Positions 46,411 through 56,185 of a stretch of 64,000 nt of DNA are shown piece after piece; the stretch's first letter is position 1, and each line of letters opens with the position of its first letter. The position numbers and the translations under genes are program-made. A model generated the notes under the pieces. That model was not told the origin of the DNA. It saw nothing but the letters and a program-made list of their open reading frames with translations, and ran no database searches. Source of the DNA: Actinomycetota bacterium (GTDB lineage Bacteria; Actinomycetota; Acidimicrobiia; Acidimicrobiales; UBA10347); contig JBCCIC010000007.1 in the NCBI GenBank assembly GCA_039028435.1, positions 169,155 through 233,154 of the forward strand, in the 5' to 3' direction.

Positions 46411-47181
46411 TCAGGATGAGCCGCACGGGGTGAGACCCGCCGGCAACACCGTTGCTTCGTTGCAGAGAACTCCGTCCAACCGGGTGCCGCTCAAATCGGC
46501 ACTCGAGAGGTCTACCCCTCTCAAATCTGCTCCTTCCAGGTTTGCATCGGTGAAGTCCGTCTGCACGACATGCGCGTTCGCAAGCTGGGCGCGCCGGAGA
46601 TCTGCGCCTTCGAAGACCGCCCAAGAGAGGTTTGCACTGGAGAGATCCGCCTCGATGAGGGATGCCCCGGACAGGTCTGCGTTCGCCAAGGTCGCTCGCA
46701 CCAGCTTGGCCTTTTCAAGGTCTGCACCGAGCGCAACCGCCTTGTTGAGATTGGCCTCAGTGAGATCGGCTCCGTAGGCCCTTACGCCACTGAGGTCGGC
46801 AATCGCCAGAGTCGCTCCGTGGAGCTTCGCCTCGAAGAACCCAGCCCCTGTGAGATCAGAATCGAAGAAGTTGGAGCCGGACAGGTCCCGTTGGGTCAGC
46901 ACAATGCCGCGGAGATCCTGCTCTGCGAGGACTATGTCTCGGAGGTCGTTCGTAACGAGAACACTCGCGATGAGCTCAGAACGCTGCGATCGAGCGAGTC
47001 TGTTCTCCTCGCAGCTGAGGAAGACGAGACTCACAACGATTCCGGTAGCGATCGGTGAGACAATGTGCTGCGCCCACCAGTACCGGGTTGGGCGTGTTTC
47101 GGCGGTGGTTGTCCGCGTCGGCCTAACCCGCGCCATCAGAATCACCGCAAAAAGGACCGTTGCATCTCGAAGGCTCCTCAC
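46411..47181 (-). CDS. Pentapeptide-repeat protein with an N-terminal TM anchor
   Basis: There are ~35 consecutive A(D/N)LxG-type pentapeptides (ADLSGASLIEADLSSANLSWAVFEGADLRRAQL...). G+C and GC3 are lower than in neighbouring genes. Confidence 0.8.
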   Translation of the reverse strand: MRSLRDATVLFAVILMARVRPTRTTTAETRPTRYWWAQHIVSPIATGIVVSLVFLSCEENRLARSQRSELIASVLVTNDLRDIVLAEQDLRGIVLTQRDLSGSNFFDSDLTGAGFFEAKLHGATLAIADLSGVRAYGADLTEANLNKAVALGADLEKAKLVRATLANADLSGASLIEADLSSANLSWAVFEGADLRRAQLANAHVVQTDFTDANLEGADLRGVDLSSADLSGTRLDGVLCNEATVLPAGLTPCGSS

Positions 47182-47709
47182 GCGCTCAAGTTCAGTCGAT
47201 TAGACCCTGGATTCCAACTCTGGAGGTGGGCTGCGCTGTGAGCCGGTCGTCCATTGAGAAGCAGACGTTGACCTCCATCTTGAGCGTTCTGCGGTGGCAC
47301 GGTGCCCGAGGTACCCCTTCATATCGCTTGCGTCGAGCCTTTCGTGAAGGGCACGCGGCGGCTACCGGCCGCACAGAGTTCGGAAGCGCACGCCTCAGCA
47401 AGGGCCGTAGCGCCGGGGCATGCTCTCAAGATGGCCGATCGCTTCGTTGGTGAGCGCAGCGGCTCGATTTCGTTTCGGAGAGCAAGCCTCCGACTGTTGC
47501 TTCGCCGCCGCGGAAAGCGAGTGGGCAATCGGCGCGTTCCGCACGGTTGTGCTGGCTCAAGAAAGGGCCACCGCAGCCTGGAGAGGCTGTCATCTGCTTG
47601 TCCGAGGACGTGAACGGCTGTCATGGTCGACAGTCGCCGGCGACGCGGAAGGCCGTGCACGGCTGCAAGTCCAACGATCCCGGCGGAATCAGCTAATCGT
47701 GGATGACGG

Positions 47710-48098
<389 letters not shown>

Positions 48099-48134
48099 CC
48101 GTCGTCGATGAATCTACCCGGCGGGTGGTCGTTG

Positions 48135-49379
48135 CTACTCGTCGTCGAGGTTGGTGATGCTCACGGCTTCGACGACGAACACCAGGGCGTCGCCGGGGCC
48201 GCTCAGGCCCGAGTTCTCGGGGATGCCGTCCGGGAAGGCGACCTCGCCCGGCACGATGATCTGGCGGGTTTCGCCGGCCTGCAGGCCGACCATCCCCTCG
48301 AACAGGCCGGGGATCACGCCGTCGGGGGCGAGGAACAGCGGTGTGACGGAGTCGTCGCGGTAGGTGCTCGACAGCATTTCGCTGTCCGAGTGGCGATAGA
48401 CGACGACCCGGGCGTTGACGACATCGCCTTCCTCGGCGCCATCGCCACTGCCTTCCACGAGCGTGGTCGTCTCAGCGTCGTCGGGCACTGGCCCACCGAA
48501 CTCGAGCTGATGAATGTCCGGACCCTCGATGACTTCCTCGACGTGCACCCGAAAGACCAGGTCGCCCTGGCCATACGCCTGCGCAGACGGAATCTGCAGG
48601 ATGCGCTCGGTGCCGACCTGGGCGCCGAGCAGTCCGTCCTGCCAACCCTCGATCACGCCGCCGACGCCGGCGACCAGGCGGAAGGTCTCGCCGCGACCCC
48701 AGGAGTCGTCGAACTGCGTGCCATCGTCCGCGGTCACGCCGACATAGTGGACGGCGACGATGTCGCCCTTCTCGATCGCTCGGCCCTCGCCCTCGACGAG
48801 GTCGATGACGTTGAGTTCGTCGAAGCTGCCGAGGGCGTCCTCGGGAACCGGCGGTGCGGGTTCGGGCGGCGGCGACACGCTGATCAGATCGACGATGAAG
48901 ACCAGGTCGGAGTTCGACGGGATGGCGGGGCTCGGCGACGCGTCGCCGTAAGCCTGTGCGGCCGGAATCTGGAGCACACGACGCCCGCCGACCTGCATGC
49001 CCTGAATGCCTTCGTCCCAACCTGGGATCACGCGACCGGTATCGAGATCGAACGACAGGGGCTGACCCCGATTCCAGCTTGCGTCGAACTCGGTGCCGCC
49101 GTCGGCGAGCACGCCGACGTATTGCATCGACACGCTGGATCCGGATTCGGCGACATCGCCGTCTCCGACGACAAGGTCGGTAACGATCAGCTCGTCGACC
49201 GGGACGAGATACGCCGCGTCGACCGGCGGCTTGACCGAGAGGTCGAGGGCGTCGTCGCCGGCGGCGAACAGCTCCTCGGAGGTGACGTCGCTGGGGCCGT
49301 CGCTGCCGCCGCATGCGCTGGCGACGAGAGCCACCACCGTCAGCAACAGCGCGGCGAGTGCGGTACGTGAAGAAGGCAC
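48135..49379 (-). CDS. Lipoprotein with three tandem FKBP-type peptidyl-prolyl isomerase domains
   Basis: The lipobox is LVASAC. FKBP cores repeat three times (VIPGWDEGIQGMQVGGRR; VIEGWQDGLLGAQVGTER; VIPGLFEGMVGLQAGETR). The start was placed at GTG 49379. Confidence 0.8.
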   Translation of the reverse strand: MPSSRTALAALLLTVVALVASACGGSDGPSDVTSEELFAAGDDALDLSVKPPVDAAYLVPVDELIVTDLVVGDGDVAESGSSVSMQYVGVLADGGTEFDASWNRGQPLSFDLDTGRVIPGWDEGIQGMQVGGRRVLQIPAAQAYGDASPSPAIPSNSDLVFIVDLISVSPPPEPAPPVPEDALGSFDELNVIDLVEGEGRAIEKGDIVAVHYVGVTADDGTQFDDSWGRGETFRLVAGVGGVIEGWQDGLLGAQVGTERILQIPSAQAYGQGDLVFRVHVEEVIEGPDIHQLEFGGPVPDDAETTTLVEGSGDGAEEGDVVNARVVVYRHSDSEMLSSTYRDDSVTPLFLAPDGVIPGLFEGMVGLQAGETRQIIVPGEVAFPDGIPENSGLSGPGDALVFVVEAVSITNLDDE

Positions 49380-49525
49380 CCCGGCAGGGTAGCTGTCTCG
49401 ATTGCGGGTACTCGGTCGCTCCGATGTCGCTCGCGAGTCGCCGAGGGGAGGGGATCGGCGGTCCTGCTTGGTCGGCCGCGTACAGTTGAAGGGACCGCCG
49501 ACTCGTCTCGGACACGGGAGCATGG

Positions 49526-51775
49526 GTGACAATCGACGATCCTGAGGGCCAGCCGGGTGCGCAGCCCGGCGGCGAACCGACCACACACGGGCATCCGGAC
49601 CAAGCCGTTCCCGCCGAAGACCCTGCGATCGACGTCACGGCGACGACCGACGACGATGACGTCGATGATCTCGTCGGCGGCCTCTTCCGAGAGGTCGACG
49701 ACCGGTTCACCCACCTCGCCGCGCGCTTTCAAGAGGCGCGCAAGGGACTCACCCCCGAAGAAGTCGAGACCACATTGGCAACGCCCGATCCCGTCGCCGC
49801 ATCGACCGAGCGATATGCGCTGGTGAGCGAGGTCGCGACACTGCGCTCCGATGTCGAACGCCAGGCAGCTGAGCTCGACGAGCGCGACCGCATGTTGGCC
49901 GACCTCGGCAACCGCATCGTCGAATTCGAGGATCGCCTTCGCGTCGCGGACGAAGCAGAGCGAGCGGCCACAATCGTGCGACAGGAACTACACGAAGAGC
50001 GGCGCGAGCTCGCCCGTGTACGGGCCCTGCTCGAAGCCAGTTCCGCCGAACGCGAGGAGCTCGCTGAGGTCGCCCAACGCCTGACCACCGACAAGGACCA
50101 GCTCGATGGGCTGCTGTCGGCGGCAGTCGACCGCTTCGAAGAAGTCGACCGCGGCCGCGCCGCCCTGGCCGAGGACGTGGCCCGGATCGAGACCGCGCGT
50201 CAGGCCGAGGCACAGCAGTACGAGCAACGCTACGACGAACTCACCACCTTGCGGGCCGAAACGCGACGCATGGGAGAACTCATCGAGGAGCTGACCCATG
50301 CGCGCGATGAGGCCATCGGTCGGGCGGACAAGGCCGAGTCCAAGAACGAGCGGCGGGCCAACGAGGTCAACTACCTCAACCGCCGGATCGAATCGCTGAC
50401 CGAACGCGCCGCGGAGAGCGACGAGTTGGAAAACCGCGCCAACCGTCTCGGCGAGGAGAACACGCTTCTCGGGCGGCGGGTTGCTGACCTTGAGCGCGAG
50501 GTCGAGGCCCAGACCAATCAGGCGGCGGCCTCGGCAGCGGCCGTCGAGGCCATCGCCGATCGCTCTGCGCAGCACGATGAACTGGTCGCTCGGATCGCTG
50601 AACTCGAGGCCGCCGCGGTGCGCCGTGAACAGACGACTGCTGCGGTCGAGGCGACATCGGAGATCCAAGAGCTCGCGAGCCGGGCTCGCGCCTTGGGAGC
50701 AGAGCGCACTTCTGGCGACTACGCACCGTTGGCATCGGGGTCGATCGAACCGACTGCGGCTCCTGCGCCCCAAAGCGCCGTGCCTCAGGCCCCGGCGACC
50801 CCACAGGCACCGTCCACGGCTCAGACAGCTGCGGCTGCCGCCACCCCACCGGCGTCCACCGCGCCTCCGGCTTCGCCGGCCGAAGCATCGTCGATGCTGT
50901 CCTCGATCACCGCGGCGGCCGACGTCGCCGAACCGTCACCCGACGCAGCGGCCCCGGACGAGCCGGCTGCTCGGGCGGCGAGCGCCCCCCAGATCATGAT
51001 CCCCGAGATCACCATGCCCGATTCGGCGGAGACCACGGCAGATCCTGTCGAGGTCGCACCGTCGTCCGATGGGTCGATCGAGGTTCCGCCGGGGTTCGAA
51101 CCGCCCGCCGATGAGGCGGCGCCCTCCGACGGCGCGCCCCAGATCGAGATCCCGGGGATGGCGGCGGACGCGGCAGCTGCTCCGTCCGCTGCTGAGGCTC
51201 TCCCGCAACCCGCCCCCGAGCAGGCGGGCGACACCGTCGGTCCCTCAGATGTCCCTGTGGCCGCGGCCTTCGGGGCGGTCACGGCCGGCGCAGCTCCCGA
51301 GGGGCAGGTTCCGACGATCGAGCCCGGAGACTCCGAGCAGGACGACCCATCGCGCCGACGCATGGTGCTCCCCGCCGACATGGAGCCTGACACGCCGGCC
51401 GCAGTGCACTTCTTGCTGAATCAACCCGGGGTCACCGCCATCGTCGACGCCCGTAGCTTCTGCGGACGGACCGGGGTGCGCCCGAGCGAACTGTTCAGCC
51501 GCATGGAGGCGCTTCGAGACCAGTTCGACGTGCCTGTCGAGGTCGTCGTCACCCCCGTGTCCACCCCGGTCGGAGGCATCCCGTCGCTCCCGGCGATCGG
51601 CGTGCACGCAATCAGCGGAGCGGACACCGTCGCAGACCGCATCCGTGCGCTCTGCATCGGGTTCCCGCCCGACCAGCCACTGGTCGTCATCGCCGGCGAC
51701 GACCACGTCCGTCGGGCCGCCATCGGCGAGGAAGCCAACGTTGTCGACCCCAGCGCCGTCTTCGAGATCACCTGA
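49526..51775 (+). CDS. Coiled-coil protein with an Ala/Pro-rich spacer and a C-terminal NYN/YacP-like (PIN-fold) domain
   Basis: The GTG at 49526 is preceded by GGGAG. There are ~330 aa of heptad-like E/R/A/L sequence and ~200 aa of A/P/S-rich low complexity. The C-terminus reads AIVDARSF...VEVVVTP...GADTVADRIRAL...PLVVIAGDDHVRRAA..ANVV, and the NYN assignment is tentative. Confidence 0.65.
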   Translation: MTIDDPEGQPGAQPGGEPTTHGHPDQAVPAEDPAIDVTATTDDDDVDDLVGGLFREVDDRFTHLAARFQEARKGLTPEEVETTLATPDPVAASTERYALVSEVATLRSDVERQAAELDERDRMLADLGNRIVEFEDRLRVADEAERAATIVRQELHEERRELARVRALLEASSAEREELAEVAQRLTTDKDQLDGLLSAAVDRFEEVDRGRAALAEDVARIETARQAEAQQYEQRYDELTTLRAETRRMGELIEELTHARDEAIGRADKAESKNERRANEVNYLNRRIESLTERAAESDELENRANRLGEENTLLGRRVADLEREVEAQTNQAAASAAAVEAIADRSAQHDELVARIAELEAAAVRREQTTAAVEATSEIQELASRARALGAERTSGDYAPLASGSIEPTAAPAPQSAVPQAPATPQAPSTAQTAAAAATPPASTAPPASPAEASSMLSSITAAADVAEPSPDAAAPDEPAARAASAPQIMIPEITMPDSAETTADPVEVAPSSDGSIEVPPGFEPPADEAAPSDGAPQIEIPGMAADAAAAPSAAEALPQPAPEQAGDTVGPSDVPVAAAFGAVTAGAAPEGQVPTIEPGDSEQDDPSRRRMVLPADMEPDTPAAVHFLLNQPGVTAIVDARSFCGRTGVRPSELFSRMEALRDQFDVPVEVVVTPVSTPVGGIPSLPAIGVHAISGADTVADRIRALCIGFPPDQPLVVIAGDDHVRRAAIGEEANVVDPSAVFEIT

Positions 51776-52799
51776 GTCGCCCGTTCCCGATCGCGACGCG
51801 CTCCGAAGCCTCGGTCTCGGGGCCGGGCTTCACGCGGTGGGGTTCACCCATGCCGCCCCGCTGACCGAGGCCCGGGTCGTCCTCGAATCTCGCAAGGCGC
51901 AAGGGCTTCACGCCGGCATGCAGTTCACCTACCGAAACCCTGACCGCTCGACCACGCCGCAGCGCATCGTCGAGGCAGCCGAGACGCTCATCGTCGGCGC
52001 GTGGCCGTATGCGTCAGTCGCTGCTGCAGACCGTGCCGGTCGGCCCCGCGCCGAAGTGGCCGCCTACGCCTGGCGCGATCACTACGGCTCGCTCCGAGAC
52101 GCCCTGGAGACGATCGCCGAGCCGCTTCGGAGTGGCGGCTGGACGGCCCGCGTGGTCGCCGATGACAATGCGCTCGTCGATCGAGCCGCAGCCGTTCGCG
52201 CCGGCATCGGCTGGTCCGGCAAGAACAGTAACGTTCTGCTGCCGGGGCAGGGGAGTTGGTTCGTGCTCGGAGCCATCGTGACCGATGCGCCGCTTGCGCC
52301 CGACGGACCCATTGCCGACCAGTGCGGTGGGTGCCGGCGCTGCCTCGACGGCTGCCCAACGGGGGCGATCGTCGCTGACGGCGTCGTCGATGCGCGCCGC
52401 TGTTTGGCCTGGCTGCTGCAGGCGGAAGGGAGTTTTCCGATCGAGTTCCGAGAGGCCCTGGGAACACGCATCTACGGGTGCGACGACTGCCAGACCGTGT
52501 GTCCGCCGAGCCGAAACGAGCCGACAGGTCTGATCGGCGACGAGGTGACCGACTTCGACCTTCTCGAACTGCTGGCCGCCGACGACCAGCGTCTGCTGGC
52601 CGATGTCGGTCGTTGGTACATCCCACGACGCGATCTCCGATACGTGCGCCGAAACGCCCTCGTGGCGCTGGGCAACGCTGAGCTGAACGAGGAACACGTT
52701 CACGAGGCGCTGCGGCTGCTCGATCACTACGAGGGCGACGACGAGTTGCTGGCCGAGCATGCGCGCTGGGCCCGAGAGCGTTTGGGGCTCTCGGCGTGA
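51741..52799 (+). CDS. queG: tRNA epoxyqueuosine(34) reductase
   Basis: WSGKNSNVLLPGQGSWFVLG is present with two 4Fe-4S motifs (CGGCRRCLDGCP and CDDCQTVCP). The start is uncertain: TTG 51741 was chosen, and the track GTG at 51645 overlaps the upstream gene by 130 nt. Confidence 0.8.
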   Translation: MSTPAPSSRSPESPVPDRDALRSLGLGAGLHAVGFTHAAPLTEARVVLESRKAQGLHAGMQFTYRNPDRSTTPQRIVEAAETLIVGAWPYASVAAADRAGRPRAEVAAYAWRDHYGSLRDALETIAEPLRSGGWTARVVADDNALVDRAAAVRAGIGWSGKNSNVLLPGQGSWFVLGAIVTDAPLAPDGPIADQCGGCRRCLDGCPTGAIVADGVVDARRCLAWLLQAEGSFPIEFREALGTRIYGCDDCQTVCPPSRNEPTGLIGDEVTDFDLLELLAADDQRLLADVGRWYIPRRDLRYVRRNALVALGNAELNEEHVHEALRLLDHYEGDDELLAEHARWARERLGLSA

Positions 52800-53929
52800 G
52801 TCACCTCCTCCTCACCAACGACTACCCACCCAAGGTCGGCGGGATCCAGACGTATCTGTGGGAACTCTGGCGGCGTTTGCCCCTGGACAGTTTCGAAGTC
52901 TTCACCTCGCCGCACGAGGACGCGAGGCGCTTCGACTCCGGCCAAAATCATCGGATCCACCGCTACGACCACTTCTGGCTCCCTCCCAGCCGGCGCGTTG
53001 CGAGCGGTGCCCGACGGCTGATCGGCGACGGTGGCCATGCCTCCGTCGTCATCGATCCGGCCTGGCCGCTCGGTTTCGTCGGACCACGGCTCGGTGTGCC
53101 CTATGCCGTCGTGTTGCACGGGGCCGAGGTCAACGTGCCGTCGAGACTCCCGGTCGCCCGCACGATGCTGCGTCGAGCGGTCGCCGGTGCCGATCTGGTG
53201 ATCAGCGCCAGCCACTGGGCGACGAGCACCGCGGCAGCGATCGTCGGCGACATGCCACCATCGGTCTACGTTCCACCCGGCGTCGACACCGGCCGCTTCT
53301 CGCCGCTGAGTCCGGCACAGCGCCAGGCCACCCGTCGTCGGCTCGGCTTCGATCCCAAGGCACCGCTCATCGTCGGCGTGAGCCGACTGGTGCCTCGCAA
53401 GGGCTTCGATGTGTTGATCGACGCCGCGGCGGCGATCGCCGATCGCCATCCCGGGCTGCAGGTTGTGATCGCTGGGACGGGCCGCGACGAACGCCGTCTG
53501 CGGGAGCGAATCGTGCGAGCCGGCTCGCCGGCCCAGCTGCTCGGGTTCGTTCCCGACAGCGACCTTCCGTCGCTCTATGGCTGTGCCGATGGCTTCGTCA
53601 TGCTGTGCCGCGAACGCTGGCGTGGGCTCGAACAGGAGGGATTCGGCATCGTGTTCGTTGAAGCCGCCGCCGCCGGATGTCCCCAGATTGCCGGCCGATC
53701 CGGCGGTTCCGCAGAGGCCATCGCCCATGGAGAGACGGGGTGGATCGTCGACGATCCGACCGACGTCGCCTCGGTGGCGTCGGTACTCAACGACCTGCTG
53801 GCGCGGCGCCACGACGACGCCGCAATGCGGGCGGCGTGCCGGGCGCATGCTGAAGAACACTTCGCCTACGACCTGCTCGCCGAGCGGCTGCGGGTGGCCA
53901 TCGGCGGCCTCGGGCCGTCGAATCCCTAG
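52796..53929 (+). CDS. GT4 family glycosyltransferase (PimB-like mannosyltransferase type)
   Basis: N-terminal NDYPPKVGGIQTY and the E-x7-E region EQEGFGIVFVEAAAAG are present. The GTG start overlaps the queG stop (GTGA). Confidence 0.8.
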   Translation: MSHLLLTNDYPPKVGGIQTYLWELWRRLPLDSFEVFTSPHEDARRFDSGQNHRIHRYDHFWLPPSRRVASGARRLIGDGGHASVVIDPAWPLGFVGPRLGVPYAVVLHGAEVNVPSRLPVARTMLRRAVAGADLVISASHWATSTAAAIVGDMPPSVYVPPGVDTGRFSPLSPAQRQATRRRLGFDPKAPLIVGVSRLVPRKGFDVLIDAAAAIADRHPGLQVVIAGTGRDERRLRERIVRAGSPAQLLGFVPDSDLPSLYGCADGFVMLCRERWRGLEQEGFGIVFVEAAAAGCPQIAGRSGGSAEAIAHGETGWIVDDPTDVASVASVLNDLLARRHDDAAMRAACRAHAEEHFAYDLLAERLRVAIGGLGPSNP

Positions 53930-53945
53930 CGATAACCTGCGCACG

Positions 53946-54458
53946 ATGGCGTGGCTCGACCGACTCGACCTCCCGGAGACCACCCTCGGGGAATCGGCAC
54001 CGGGCGAGTCGATCTGGGGGTCGAACGTGTGGGCCAGCGCCATCTTCACGGTCTTTGCCGTCCTCGCGGCGATCTTCCCCGGGCCGCTACGCATTCCGTT
54101 CGCGGTTTTCTCTTGCGTACTTTTCGCCATCGGGACCCTGGCGTTCCTCGCCGCGTATGGCCAAGCGATCGGTCGTAGCCGCACCGACGCGATCACTATC
54201 GGTGGGATCTACGGCCTGAGCGGCAGCGCACCGAAGGGCGTGCAGCGGCGATTCCATCTCATGACGGCGTTCCAGACCGTCGTCGCGGTGACAACCGCCG
54301 CAATGCGGCCCTTCACCGCCCAAGCCTTCGGTATCCTCGTACCCATGCTCGGACTCGGCCTCGGTGGACTCTGGGCTGCACGCCACGGAGTGTTCGGCCC
54401 GCGAGACGATCCCCGAGATCGCGCCCGAGCCCAGGTCAAGGAGTCGTTCAATGAGTGA
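53946..54458 (+). CDS. Hypothetical membrane protein
   Basis: The ATG at 53946 begins a protein with four hydrophobic helices. It overlaps the next gene by 8 nt. Confidence 0.55.
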   Translation: MAWLDRLDLPETTLGESAPGESIWGSNVWASAIFTVFAVLAAIFPGPLRIPFAVFSCVLFAIGTLAFLAAYGQAIGRSRTDAITIGGIYGLSGSAPKGVQRRFHLMTAFQTVVAVTTAAMRPFTAQAFGILVPMLGLGLGGLWAARHGVFGPRDDPRDRARAQVKESFNE

Positions 54459-54921
54459 TCGGGCAAACGAACGCACCGTGATCCGCGAGAGCGCAGAGCG
54501 CATCTTCGACGTGATCATCAACTACGCGGACTACCCCGAGTGGGCGACCAACGTCAAAGAGGTCGACGTACTGCGTACCGATGAAGACGGTCGCGCCGGA
54601 CTCGTGGCGTACCGCGCGGCCGCGATGGGCCGCAGCGCGGCCTACACCCTCGAGTACTTCTATGGCACCAACCCGCTTCGGGTGTCCTGGCGCCTGGCTG
54701 AAGGTGACCTGGTTCGCCGACTCGACGGTCGCTACGTGCTGACCGAGCTCGACCCCGATGCCACCGGTCCGCGCACCGAAGTCACCTACGAACTCGAGGT
54801 CGACGTTTCGATGCCGATGTCCGGCTTCCTCCGTCGCCGCGCCGAATCTCGCATCCTCCGCACGGCGCTCGAAGACCTACGGAGCTGGGTCGAGGAAGGC
54901 CGCCCGGCCTCGTCGGTCTGA
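54451..54921 (+). CDS. SRPBCC (polyketide cyclase/dehydrase-like) family protein
   Basis: The ATG at 54451 is preceded by AAGGAG. It is ~155 aa with the IFDVIINYADYPEW... pattern typical of the SRPBCC/START-like fold. Confidence 0.65.
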   Translation: MSDRANERTVIRESAERIFDVIINYADYPEWATNVKEVDVLRTDEDGRAGLVAYRAAAMGRSAAYTLEYFYGTNPLRVSWRLAEGDLVRRLDGRYVLTELDPDATGPRTEVTYELEVDVSMPMSGFLRRRAESRILRTALEDLRSWVEEGRPASSV

Positions 54922-54988
54922 GCTCGGTCCGAACACCGCTTCCTCAGCGAAACCAACTCGACGAATCAACGACGATTCTGGAGCCCCC

Positions 54989-56185
54989 ATGGAATTCCGC
55001 CGCATCACCAACCTTCCCCCATACGTCTTCACGATCATCGACCAACTCAAGGTCGCGGGACGACGAGCGGGCGACGACATCATCGACCTCGGCTTCGGGA
55101 ACCCGGACCTTCCGTCACCCGACTTGACGGTGGCCAAGGTGCGCGAGGCGGCGGAGAATCCACGCAACCACCGCTATTCGTCGAGTCGGGGCATTCCGAA
55201 GCTCCGCGAAGCGATGGGCAACTACTACGAGCATCGCTTCGGGGTGCGGCTCGATCCGGAGACCCAGATCATCAACACGATCGGCGCCAAAGAAGGCCTC
55301 TCGCATCTGATGTGGACGCTCCTGCAGCCGGGCGATGCAGTCCTCGTGCCGACGCCCTCGTACCCGATCCACCGCTACGCAGCGATCTTTGCCGGCGCCG
55401 AGGTGCGGGAGATGCCGATGTCGACCGACAGCGACTTCTTCGACACCATGCGGGAGCGCTGGGAGTACAGCTGGCCCAAGCCGCGGGTCATCGTGTTGTC
55501 GTTCCCGCACAACCCGACCGGCGCCTGTGTCGACCTCGAGTTCATGGAGCGCGCGGTCGAATTCGCCCGCGAGAACGACGTGCTGCTCGTGCACGACAAC
55601 GCGTACGCCGACCTCGGCTTCGACGGCTATCGACCGCCATCGATCCTCGAGGTCGACGGTGCGACCGATGTCGCCGTCGAGTTGTACTCGATGACGAAGT
55701 CCTTCTCGATGGCCGGGTGGCGTGTGGCCTTCATGCTCGGCAATGCCGAAGTCGTCGGTGCGTTGACCAAGATCAAGTCGTATCTCGACTACGGAGCGTT
55801 CCAGCCGATCCAGATCGCCGCGACCGTGACCCTCAACGAGGCGCCCGATCATCCCAAGATCGTCAACGAGATCTACCAGTCACGCCGCGACACCTTGTGC
55901 AGCGGACTGGCTCGCATCGGCTGGCCGGTGGATCCGCCCAAGGGCACCATGTTCGTCTGGGCGCCGATTCCTGAGCCGTACCGCCACATGGGATCGGTCG
56001 AGTTCTGCTCCAAGCTGGTCACCGACGCCAAGGTCGCAACCTCGCCTGGTGTCGGGTTCGGCCCCGGCGGCGAGGGCAACGTCCGGTTCGCGCTCATCGA
56101 GAATGAACAGCGCATCAACCAGGCGATTCGCCAGATCCGCGATGCCCTTCCCGACCTGGTCGCTCCCGACGCTCCGGCGAGCTAG
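54989..56185 (+). CDS. Class I/II PLP-dependent aminotransferase (AlaA/AspC-like)
   Basis: Motifs are LPPYVF...GFGNPD, SFPHNPTG, SMTKSFSMAGWR (PLP-Lys) and NVRFAL. Confidence 0.85.
   Translation: MEFRRITNLPPYVFTIIDQLKVAGRRAGDDIIDLGFGNPDLPSPDLTVAKVREAAENPRNHRYSSSRGIPKLREAMGNYYEHRFGVRLDPETQIINTIGAKEGLSHLMWTLLQPGDAVLVPTPSYPIHRYAAIFAGAEVREMPMSTDSDFFDTMRERWEYSWPKPRVIVLSFPHNPTGACVDLEFMERAVEFARENDVLLVHDNAYADLGFDGYRPPSILEVDGATDVAVELYSMTKSFSMAGWRVAFMLGNAEVVGALTKIKSYLDYGAFQPIQIAATVTLNEAPDHPKIVNEIYQSRRDTLCSGLARIGWPVDPPKGTMFVWAPIPEPYRHMGSVEFCSKLVTDAKVATSPGVGFGPGGEGNVRFALIENEQRINQAIRQIRDALPDLVAPDAPAS

Noticed and set aside
46334-46777. A plus-strand 147-aa ORF with its own periodic repeat pattern.
   Set aside because: It is the antisense reading of the pentapeptide-repeat gene. 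The periodicity is inherited from the opposite strand.
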